From NCBI RefSeq assembly GCF_044704955.1, contig NC_091984.1, positions 179,614,001 to 179,678,000 of the forward strand: a stretch of DNA of 64,000 nt, read 5' to 3'. The notes below the pieces were generated by a model. That model did no database searches. It was not told where the DNA came from and worked only from the letters and a program-made list of their open reading frames with translations. This stretch comes from Pristiophorus japonicus. Its lineage: Eukaryota. The position numbers were made by a program, and so were the translations under genes. Below, piece after piece: positions 53,425-64,000 of this stretch (position 1 is the stretch's first letter; each line of letters starts with the position of its first letter).

Positions 53425-54285
53425 TCATAGAATCATGCAAATGTACAGCACGGAAGGAGGACTTTTCGGCCCATCGTATCCGCGCAGCGGACAAAGAGAT
53501 TTCCAGCCTAATCGGACTTCCCAGCTCTTGGCCCAGTAGCCCTGTAGGTTACTGCACTTCAAGTTCACATCCAAGTACTTTGTAAAAGTGGTGAGGATTT
53601 TTTCCTCTACCACCCTTTTCGGCAGTCAGTTCCAGACACCCACCACCCTCTGTGAGAAAAAAAATCCCCTCAAATCCCCTCTAAACCTCGTACCAATTAC
53701 TTTAAATCTATGCCCCTCTGCTAAGGGAAATAGGTCGTTCCTATCCACTCTATCTAGGCCCCTCATAATTTTGTACACCTCAATAAGGTCTTCCCTCAGC
53801 CTCCGCTGTTCCAAAGAAAACAATCACAATCTATCCAAACTTTCCTCATAGCTAAAATTCTCCTGTCCAGGCAACATCCTCGTAAATCTCCTCTTTACCT
53901 TCTCTGGTGCAGTCACATCTTTCCTGTAATGTGATGACCAGAATTGCACCCAGTAATCAAGCTGTGGCCTAACTAGTGTGTTATACAGTTCAAGCATAAC
54001 CTCTCTGCTCTTGTATTCTAAACCTCCGCTAATAAAGGCAAGTATTCCATATACATTTTTAACCACCATATCTACCTGGCCTGCTACCTTCAGGGATCTG
54101 TGGACAGGCACTCCAAGATACCATTGTTCTTCTACACTTCTCAGTGTCCCACCATTTAATGTGTATTCCCTTGCTTTGTGAGCCCTCCCCAAATGCATTA
54201 CCTCACACTTCTCTGGATTGAATTCCATTTGCCACAGTTCTGCCCATCTGATCGCACAACCAATTTTTCTATCATCCGCAGTCTT
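53425..54285 (-). mobile_element. CR1 LINE 3' fragment in a receptor intron
   Basis: ORFs 53824-54294 and 53626-53823 encode the RT C-terminus. Confidence 0.88.
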
Positions 54286-54543
54286 CTTAATCATAATTAT
54301 AAATAATAATCATCATTAATTATAATTTAATGCAACCAGCATGATGCGCCAAATAAGTACGTTTTTAACATGAATCGTGTGAAATGTACCTACCGCTACA
54401 TTACAGTCAGTTTAAAGTCACACCTAATTTATTGTAACGTGTGCAGATTAATATCATTAAAATGGTAAATACCTGCTCGCTAAATTCTCCATATCGCAAA
54501 ATGCGGGCAATAATTGCGTTGTCTGTATGTGCTACATTTACAG

Positions 54544-54678
54544 GCGGAATATTCAACTGTGAAGATCTGCAAAGCAAAGGCGAAGACACAAAGTGGAAAT
54601 GGAGAGCAAATAGTTTACTCCCTGCTACAGTTTAATGAGACTAACAAAGCTCAGTTTCCGACACCCTGCATGCAGTAA
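54544..54678 (+). CDS. Terminal coding exon with AEYSTV and canonical ITIM IVYSLL
   Basis: catttacag| acceptor, phase 0. Reads AEYSTVKICKAKAKTQSGNGEQIVYSLLQFNETNKAQFPTPCMQ-TAA. Not in the ORF track. Downstream AATAAA at ~55388. Confidence 0.78.
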   Translation, partial: AEYSTVKICKAKAKTQSGNGEQIVYSLLQFNETNKAQFPTPCMQ

Positions 54679-55805
54679 GAGGCAATCTACAGTCAGTTAC
54701 TATTTCTGACAGAACCTTCACGTTAAACCGAAAGCAAAATATTGCGGATGCTGGAAATCGAAAATAATAACAGAAATTGCTGGAGACGCTCAGCAGATCA
54801 GACAGCATCTGTGGAGAGAAAAACACAGCCTCATTCTCATCTCCCTTTGCCTTGCACCATTATTTTTTTTCTCGTGCAATCATTCCTGCCCTCCACCCTA
54901 TCACAGACCTCTCCATTTTGTTGTATTCCCGCCGCCGCCCCGAACCCCTCCCGCCCTTTCCCTGACTCTGTACTTGCTAAGAAACTGTTCATCTCCAACA
55001 TTTTCCAGATCTGATGAAAGGCGGTATATCATTACAAACACTTTGCATTGGGCTCCTGTCTACAGCCACCTAGTCACGATTTACAGCGAAACGTCCATAG
55101 TTCTGAAACCAGAAAGCTGCCGATACTCACTGGGAAAGGTGCCAAGGCACCAACTCCGCCGTTAAACTGCAGCAGTTCCAAAGCGGTTCAATCTTAAAAT
55201 GCTTCAGGTCGCAATCGCTACCTCCTCTCCGCAGCCTTTCAAACCTTTAACGTTCTTCCCAGTGTTTCCATGTTAATACCGTCCTAGTACGCTGAAAATT
55301 AACCTTTGTCCCATCTCGATGGCACGCTTGGGATAAGGGCACTATGCAATAGAAAAGAAAACTATGAAAAGAGAAAGGAATAGTTTAAATAAAGATACAT
55401 AATCACACACCATATTGTTACTTTGTTTGCAGACAGCAGCACACCGCGCAGCACCACGCGTCTGGGTAAAACGCCCACATATATTACCAGAAAAGAAATG
55501 AACTGCAAACGCAGTCTGTCACATAATACCTACAGCGGGTTTCGCTGTCTACACAGTAATAGTAATACAGCTCATCGTTCGTGACTTACTTTCATATAGA
55601 AAGGGGGGGATTCAAATACTTTTTGTATGCTTGTATGTGAATGAACTGAGGGCACAGGGTGTGTCCGTGTAACGGAGTGTGCTGTCTTCAAAATGTATTT
55701 AACGCTGATAATTCAAACAGATAGAGAAGCGATGTTTTAAACGTTATTACTCCATAATTAATAGGGGAATGTCCTTATTTTGGAAGGATTGGGTCGAAAT
55801 TTCCA

Positions 55806-57145
55806 GCGCATTTGAAAAGCAGTGACAGGATCGGTCCAAGTCAGCGTGGATTTATGACAGGGAAATCATGCTTGACAAATCATCTAGAATTTTTTGAGGA
55901 TGTAACAAGTAGAGTTGATAAGGGAGAACCAGTGAGTGTGATGTATCTGGACTTTCAAAAGGCTTTTGACAAGGTCCCACACAAGAGATTAGTGTGCAAA
56001 ATTAAAGCACATGGTATTGGGGGTAATGTATTGACTTGGATAGAAAACTGGTTGGCAGACAGGAAGCAGAGAGTCGGAATAAACGGTTCCTTTTCAGAAT
56101 AGCAGGCAGTGACCAGTGGGGTGCCACAAGGTTCAGTGCTGGGACCCCAGCTATTTACAATCTTCATCAATGAAATAGATGAAGGAATTGAATGTAATAT
56201 TTCTAAGTTTGCAGATGACACTAAACTGGATGGTGGTCTGAGTTGTGAGGAGGATGCTAAGAGGCTGCAGGGTGAATTGGACAGGTTAGGTGAATGGGCA
56301 CATGCATGGCAGATGCAGTATAATGTGGATAAATGTGAGTTTATCCACTTTGGTGGCAAATACAGGAAGACAGAATATTATCTGAATGTTGACAGATTAG
56401 GAAAAGGGGAGGTGCAACAAAACCTGGGTGTCATGGTACATCAGTCATTGAAGGTTGGCATGCAGGTACAGCAGGCGGTGAAGAAGCCAAATGGCATGTT
56501 GGCCTTCATTGCTAGAGGATTTGAGTATAGGAGCCGGCAGGTCTTACTGCAGTTGTACAAAGCCTTGGTGAGGCCACCCCTGTAATATTGTGTTCAGTTT
56601 TGGTCTCCTAAGCTGAAGAAGGACATTCTTCCTATTGAGGGAGTACAGCGAAGGTTCACCAGACTGATTCCTGGGATGGCAGGACTGACATATGAGGAGA
56701 GACTGGATCAACTGGGCTTGTATCCACTGGAGTTTAGGAGAATGAGAGGGGATCTCATAGAAACATATTAAATTCTGACGGGATTGGACAAGTTAGAGGT
56801 AGGAAGAATTTCCCGTTGCTGAGGAGTTCCAGAACCAGGGGACACAGTCTAAGAATAACGGGTAAGCCATTTAGGACCGAGATGAGGAGAAACTGCTTCA
56901 CTCAGAGAGTGGTTAACCTGTGGAATTCACTACCGCAGGGAGTTGTTGAGGCCAATTCGTTCGATATATTCAAGAGGGAGTTAGATATGGCCCTTACGGT
57001 CAAAGAGATCACGGGATATGGAGAGAAAGCAGGAAAGCGGTACTGAGGTTGAATGATCAACCATGATCTTATTGAATGGGCTGCAGGCTCGAAGGGCTGA
57101 ATGGCCCGCTGCTGCACCTAATTGCTATGTTTTTATGTTTCTATT
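55806..57145 (+). mobile_element. CR1 LINE 3' part (RT)
   Basis: YLDFQKAFD, GVPQGSVLGP and KFADD motifs; ATGTTTCTA tail. Confidence 0.92.
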
Positions 57146-57460
57146 CTGCTGGTCAGCATGTGAATCTCCGCCCATTAAAGCGAATGAGCAGTAACTGGCG
57201 TTCTGGCGATTGCCCAATCGGCATGTCGACCGCCTGGAAATTCGACAGGTGTACTCCCGATCTCCCGCCATAACTTTGGCGGAAGCGCAGGAGAAACTGT
57301 AAACGGCCGCTTTTAACCATTTGACCCGAGAGTTCCGCCGATCTCCCGCAGGAGAACGCACCGGCGAAATTTACAGGCGAAATTGTGTGTAAAATCGATG
57401 CAAGGAAGCGACACGCACAGTGCAACAAAGGAATGGCGTCCACCAATTCCCGATTGCTGC

Positions 57461-58496
57461 AATGCTCTCAATAAAATATTTGCATTCTTTTATGATATCA
57501 TCTACATTATTCTGGATTCACACACAGAACTGACAAGGAAAATGTTGAACGCAAATTTTGAGGCTGCTCGCGATAAATAATTTGTTGCAATATGTTGAAA
57601 AATAAGATTACATTGGGTTATTTTTGCATCCACATCTAATTCACTGGTTTAATGCCAAAGTGTATCTACATTTGTTCATTATTTATGTTCTCCAAAAGCC
57701 CAGTTCCATATTTTTTTAAACGGATATCAAGATAATTTTACTGATACTTGAAATTTTAAATGTCCAGCCAAGTAATTAAAGCTGATCGCTCATAAGAGAG
57801 ACTGAGAGAAAAGGAGAAATGGTATGCGCGATAGAGAAAACTGAACAGAAAGGGCGAAAGATAAACGGGATTTATGATTACTCCAAGTAATGCATGAGTC
57901 AAAATTCATTTTGCAATTCATAGGTAGAATGTTATGGCCCATGGTGGGAAACTGCGCTTATGCATCTTTCCGAAGCTGAGAATTTAGCAAGTTTAGTAAG
58001 TTTGGTGAAACTCCAACGCAGTCTCACCGCAACACACCTACTTATTGTAGCTATCTCTGTACAGGACTTAGGTGTATGTGTGCCATCAAATGGAACTTAG
58101 TAATAGCAAGACAGGTCTTAAAGGTCACGATTGCTAAATTATATTTTACACTACATCCTCTGATTGCAAAAATAAAACCACAATGTGATATGCAGAATGT
58201 TTTCTGACCACCTTTGAGGCTTGTTCAAAGAAGTGACTAAGATTAAAGGGCGAATGTTACGAAAATAAATGAAGTACACCACTGCCTTGCATCATCTTAA
58301 GTGATTTAAACTAGTGAATTAGATGTGGATGCAAAAATAACCCGATTTAATCTTATTTTTCAACATATTGCAACAAATTGTTTATCGCGACCAGCCACAA
58401 AATTTGCGTTCAACATTTTCCTTGCCAGTTCTGTGTGTGAATCCAGAATAATGTAGATTATATCATAAAGAATCCTAATATTTTATTGAGAACATT
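57461..58496. repeat. Long inverted repeat: arms 57461-57652 and 58306-58496, ~650-bp spacer
   Basis: The arms are reverse complements over ~190 bp with scattered mismatches. Confidence 0.9.
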
Positions 58497-58610
58497 TATC
58501 TATATATACAAAAATACAATCGAATTTATTTGCCTATTTGAAACTGAGCTGAGTTTCGGACCCCATAACCTCTCCAGTGCAAAGACCACCTACTTGCACC
58601 TCTGTAAAAT

Positions 58611-59280
58611 AAGAACATGAGAAATAGGTGCAGGAGTAGGCCACCTGGCCCCTCGAGCATGCTCTGCCATGTAATAAAATCATGGCTGATCTGATCATAG
58701 ACTTTGCTCCACTTCCCTGCCCGCTCCCCATGTCCCGTTATTCCCTTATCACTCAAAAGTCTGTCTATCTCCGCCTTAAATATATTCGATGACCCAGCCT
58801 CCACAACTCTCTGGGGCAGTGAATTCCACAGATTTACAACAATCTGAGAGAAGAAATTCCTCCTCATCTCAGTTTTAAATGGGCAGCCCCTTATTCTGAG
58901 ACTATGTCCCCTAGTTTTATTTTCCCCTTAGAGTGGAAATATCCTCCCTGCATCTACCTTGTCGAGCCCTCTCATGATCTTATATATTTTGATAAGATCA
59001 CCTCTCATTCTTCTGAACTCCAATGAGTATAGGCCCAACCTACTCAACCTACCTTCATAAGTCAATCCCCTCATCTCCAGAATCAACCTAGTGAACCTTC
59101 TCGGTCTCCAAGTATATTCTGCCTTAAAAACAGAGGCCAAAATTCTATGCAGTACTCCAGGTGTGGCCTCACCAACACCCTGTACAGTTGTAGCAGGACT
59201 TCTCTGCTTTATACTCTATCCCCCTTGCAATAAAGGCCAACACTCCATTTGCCTTCCTGATTACTTGTTATACCTGCATA
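58611..59280 (-). mobile_element. CR1 LINE 3' fragment
   Basis: RRFTRLI, EFRRMRGDLI and FFSQIVVNLWN motifs; AAGAACAT tail. Confidence 0.88.
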
Positions 59281-60279
59281 TATCGTCCACCTCCACCCCT
59301 GCCTCAGCATATCTGCTGCCAAAACCCACATCCATAATTTTGTTAGCTCCAAAACTCCCCTGACCCACCTCCCACATTCCACTCTCCATGAACTTGAGCT
59401 CATCCAAAACTCTGCTGTGCATCATGGGCCATATTTTGCATCATCTATGGGTACTTAGAGATGCGCACATGCTCATTAGGGCCGTGCAAGTTATGATTTT
59501 TTGAAGTGCACGCATGAAATTCAGGAAGTTACAGATTCTTGACAGAACCAACGCACCCCAGGGAAATGGACATCCGCAGATGGAGATTTGGGCTATTTAC
59601 CCAACTTCTGCCTGGTGAATGCCCATGAAGTCTCCTGGTAAAGTACCCCGTAATTCCTGCTTTTTCCAGCGTAAGAGTTTAAACGAACATTTTTTTAAAA
59701 TTTAAACATGCAAATACCTGTACAATAAGGTAAAGCAATGTTTAGCCCTTTTAAAATATTTAAATTTATTTTTCAAAAGTTTAATTTTTGCTTTAAATAT
59801 TTAATTAAATGGCACGTTAATTAATTAAAAACATGTTTACAAATTGTATTTCTTTGATGTGTACATGTATTTTGGGGATATTTCCATTCATGTTTCTAGG
59901 AATTCTGGATAGGATGAATGGGGATCCCTTCTTTCATTACTTGGGCCAGCTCACGTGATCTTAGGGGTGGTTGTGAACCGCCTGCGCCTCTGCGGTATTT
60001 GAGCCTCTAATTCTGGATACCCAGAGAGGCCGTGAGACTCTGTACCTCCCAGATCAACAGGTTCGTGGGCATTTTATTTGTGGATCAGAGGCTTTTCCCA
60101 CCGGAAGTCTCCGACCACAAATTCAAGGAGATTCTAACTTGCACCAAGTCCCGCTCACCACTGTGCTCTCTGACCTACGTTGGATCATGATCGACCAACA
60201 CCTCCAATTTAAAATTCTCATCTTTGTGTTCAAATCTCTCCATAGCCTAGCCATTTCCCTGGGATATTTTTGTGGAGAC

Positions 60280-63200
60280 TGTAATGTCCTTACACACTAC
60301 TATAAATTTACACGAGGCACATTCTGCAGACAAGGTCACTCTGTGACCTGAACCTTTATTCACAGGACCAAGAAGTGATGACCCTGCGTGGGACCTCCCT
60401 TTATATACCTGGATGACCAGGTGAGGAGTGTCTCCCATAAGTTCACCACCTGTGGTCAGGGTGTGCATTTCTTAGGGGTATACAATATGCAGTGTTGTTA
60501 AGAAGGTTACAGTTACATTAAGGTTACATACATGACATCACCTCCACCCCCCCTCCCCCAATGTCTTATGGGGTCAAAAATTAAGTCTGTCAGGCGGTCA
60601 ATGCTCTCTCGTGGAGCGCTGCAGTTGGGGCTCTGGTTGTTGAGCCTTGGCATGCATCTCCTTCACCTGTGGTGATTCCAGCTTGTCCGGGCTGGCCGCA
60701 GGGACTGTGCATGCTGCTGAATGTTCATGTTGTTCGTTCACTGGCGGTGGTGTGGACAACATCTCATGGTCTTCCTCAGGTTCCTCAGTGTCCATGCTGA
60801 ACCTTTTATTTTACTTGGTCCAGATGCTTGCGACATATCTGTCCATTGTTAAGTCTGACCACCATGACCCTATTCCCCTCTTTGCCAATTACAGTATCCT
60901 CAAGCCACTTGGGCTCCAAAGTGTGACTAAGAACAAATACAGGGTCATCGATTTCTATACATCTCCCCTTTGAGTTACGGTCATAGCACTCATTTTGGGA
61001 CAGGTGCTTGCCCTCAACAATGTCTGACAGGACAGGATGAATGAGGGACAGCCAAGTTTTGAGTGTACATTTCATGAGTAGTTCCACGGGCGGGACTCCC
61101 GTGAGCGAATGCGGTCGGGACCTATAGGCCAGCAGGAGCCGTGATAGGTGGCATTGAAGGGAGGGTCCTTGAATCTGGAGCATGCCCTGTTTTATGATTT
61201 GGACCGCACGTTCTGCCTGGCCATAGGAAGCCGGCTTGAACGGTGCCATCCTGACATGTTTGATGCCATTACCCGACATGAACTCCCGGAATTCATAGCT
61301 AGTGAAACACGGGCTGTTGTCACTGACCAGGATGTCCGGCTAGCCGTGGGTCACAAAGACCACACGCAGACTCTCCACAGTGGTGGATGTAGTGCACGAA
61401 TTCAATATGATGCACTCGATCCATTTCAACAACAATGAGGAACATTTTTCCCATGAACGGGCCAGCGTAGTCTACATGAATTCGTGACCATGGCCAGGGC
61501 CACGGGCTGAGTGGGGCCTCCCTGGGGGCATTGCCCAGCTGGGCACACGTCGTGCACCTGCGAACACAGTGTTCCAGGTCTGAGTCACTTCCCGGCCACC
61601 ATACATGTTACCCGGACAATGGCCTTCATTAGAACGATGCCTGGGTGCTCGCTGTGGAGTTCCCTGATGAATGCTTCCCTTCCCTTCTGGGGCATGACTA
61701 CCCAGCTGCCCCATAGTAGGCAGTCAGATTGGATGGAGAGCTCATCTATCCATCTGTGAAACGGTCTGACCTCTCGGGGCATGCTCCGTGAGCGGGCGCC
61801 CAATCCCGGCAGGGCACATTTCTTAATCAAGGATAGGAGGGGATCTCTGTTGGTCCAGATTTTGATCTGTGATGGGCTGTGATGGGGGAGTCTGCACTGT
61901 CAAAGGCTTCAATGGCCATGACCATCTCAGTGCTTTGCTCCAATGCCCCCTCAGTGGTGGCCAGTGGAAGCCTGCTGAGCGTGTCAGCGCAATTTTCGGT
62001 GCCTGGCCGGTGCCGTATGGTGTAGTCATAAGCAGCCAGCGTGAGAGCCCATTGCTGTATGCGAGCTGACGCATTGGCATTGACAGCCTTGCTGCCTGAC
62101 AACAGGGGTGTTAACGGCCTGTGGTCCGTTTCTAACTTGAATCTTCTGCCAAAAAGGTACTGGTGCATTTTTTCACCCCGTAGACACATGCAAGTGCTTC
62201 CTTTTCAACCATCCCATATCCCCGTTCTGCTTGGGAGAGCGACCTGGAGGCATAAGCCACAGGTTGGAGTTGGCCCTCATCATTCCTCTGCTGCAACATG
62301 CACCCAACCCCATAGGATGATGCATCACATGTCAAAACCAATTTCTTACTGGTGTTGTACAGAATCAACAGCTTATTAGAACAAAGTAAGTTCCGCGCCC
62401 AATTGAAAGCCCGTTCCTGACAGTCCCCCCAAAACCAATCACAACCCTTACGCAGGAGCACGTGTAGCAGCTCCAACAATGTGCTTAAGTTCGGCAGAAA
62501 GTTCCCGAAATAGTTCAAGAGTCCCAGAAATGAACGCAACTCCAATGTGTTGCCGGGCCTGGATGCACGATGAATCGCCTCCATTTTGGATTCGGTAGGC
62601 CGGATCCCATCTGCGGCAACCCTCCTGCCTAAAAGCTCGACCTCTGGGGACAAAAACACACACTTGGACTTCTTTAGTTGCAGGCCTACCCAGTCCAGTT
62701 GGCGTAGCACCTCCTCCAGGTTGTGGAGGTGTTCCTCGCTGTCTCGACCCGTGATAAGGATGTCGCCCTGAAATACGATTGTTCCAGGGATGGATTTGAG
62801 CAAGCTTTCCATGTTCCCTTGAAAGATAGCGGCCGCTGATCGAATGCCAAATGGACACCTGTTGTAGACAAACAGCCCCTTGTGCATGGTGATGGTGGTC
62901 AGTAGCTTGGATTCTTCGGCCAGTTCCTAGGTCATGTAGGCTGAGGTGAGATCCAACTTGGTGAATAGCTTGCCACCTGCCAGCGTGTCAAAAAGATCCT
63001 CCACTCTCGGAAGCGGGTATTGGTCTTGTAGTGACACTCGGTTGATAGTTGCCTTGTAGTCGCCACAGATCCTGACTGAGCCATCCATTTTTAGGACAGG
63101 GACAATGGGGCTTGCCCAGTCACTGAATTCAACAGGTGAAATTATGCACTCTCTTATCAACCTGTCCAACTCACTCTCAATTTTCTCCTGCATCACATAC

Positions 63201-64000
63201 AGCACAGCTCTGGATTTGTGGTGCATTGGCCTGGCGTCCGGGGTGATGCGTATCACTACCTTTGAAAGTCCCGACACCAGGTTGAAATAGTGACTCAAAT
63301 TTCTGTAGGACATGTGAGCATGAACTTCGCTCCACAGATGAAATGGCATGCACATCCCCCCATTTCCAGTTCATCTAGGCTCGCCAGCTTCTCCCCAAAA
63401 GCACGGGACCATTTTCCGCGACAATCCAGAGTGGCAGCCGGTTCTCTGATCCATTATGTGTGACCACCAACAATGCACTGCCTAGCACTGGGATGATCTC
63501 TTTGGTGTATGTCTGTAATTGCGTGTCAATGCGTTCTAGTTTGGGTCTGCTCGCTCTGAGTGGCCATAGTTTCTCGAATTGTTGGACACTCATAAGTGAC
63601 TGGCTGGCCCCTGTGTCCAGCTCCATGCGTACCGGGATGCCGTTTAATAGGACTTTCATCATCATAGATGCCGTTTTGGTATATGAGCTGTGGATGTTTG
63701 CCACATGAACCTGCTGAACTTCAGCGTCCATTGCTTTGTCCCAAGCATCAACCTGCCTTGCAGACCCCTCTTCTGGTTCATCTGCCTCATAAATTAGCCT
63801 CGCTGTGGGCTTTCTGCACATTCTGGCTAAATGTCCACTGAAGTTACAATTTCTACAGATAAATTGTTGAAACCTACAGATTTTTGCAGCATGTCTGCCC
63901 CCGCATCTCCAGCATGAGCTGAGATTGTTGTGAACAAAAGGGCTGTTACCAGGCATTGCTCTCTGACTGTCTCTTTGATTACTTTTGAGCACTCTGTTAA
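60280..64000 (-). mobile_element. Gypsy/Ty3 LTR retrotransposon (3' LTR 60280-60537, pol, gag end; truncated by the window)
   Basis: TG...CA LTR with an adjacent purine tract. Zinc knuckles (CWRCGGRH, CRNCNFSGHLARMC), LDTGAS, RICGDYK, TCDASSYG, ETDHRPL and integrase GQAERAV. Confidence 0.92.

Noticed and set aside
48021-54678. Assigning the symbol PDCD1
   Set aside because: The V domain and exon phases resemble PD-1, but motif order, the four tyrosines and the stalk Cys differ. Orthology needs a phylogeny and synteny.

Overview
Eukaryotic (vertebrate) genomic DNA that is mostly transposon-derived. The repeat families and the germline-joined V-J exon suggest a cartilaginous fish (inference). 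In order along the window: two head-to-tail Tx1-type L1 retrotransposons (1-11755) sitting in a CR1 LINE; a frameshifted germline-joined Ig V-J exon (14232-14562) with a candidate octamer promoter; a decayed class III (ERV-L/S-like) provirus (17782-25850); many CR1/L2/RTE fragments; a complete Gypsy LTR element (39209-44033) and a partial one (60280 to the window end). There is also an apparently intact multi-exon gene (about 47.5-54.7 kb) for a single-IgV, CD28/PD-1-like transmembrane receptor. Two observations stand out. (1) The provirus gag carries an in-frame, intron-less fragment of integrin beta-1 mRNA (signal peptide plus PSI start), which looks like fossil retroviral gene capture. (2) The receptor tail has a duplicated ITSM-like/ITIM module with four tyrosines, and its last exon is absent from the ORF track. 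Homology calls are by motif recognition from memory; no database search was run.
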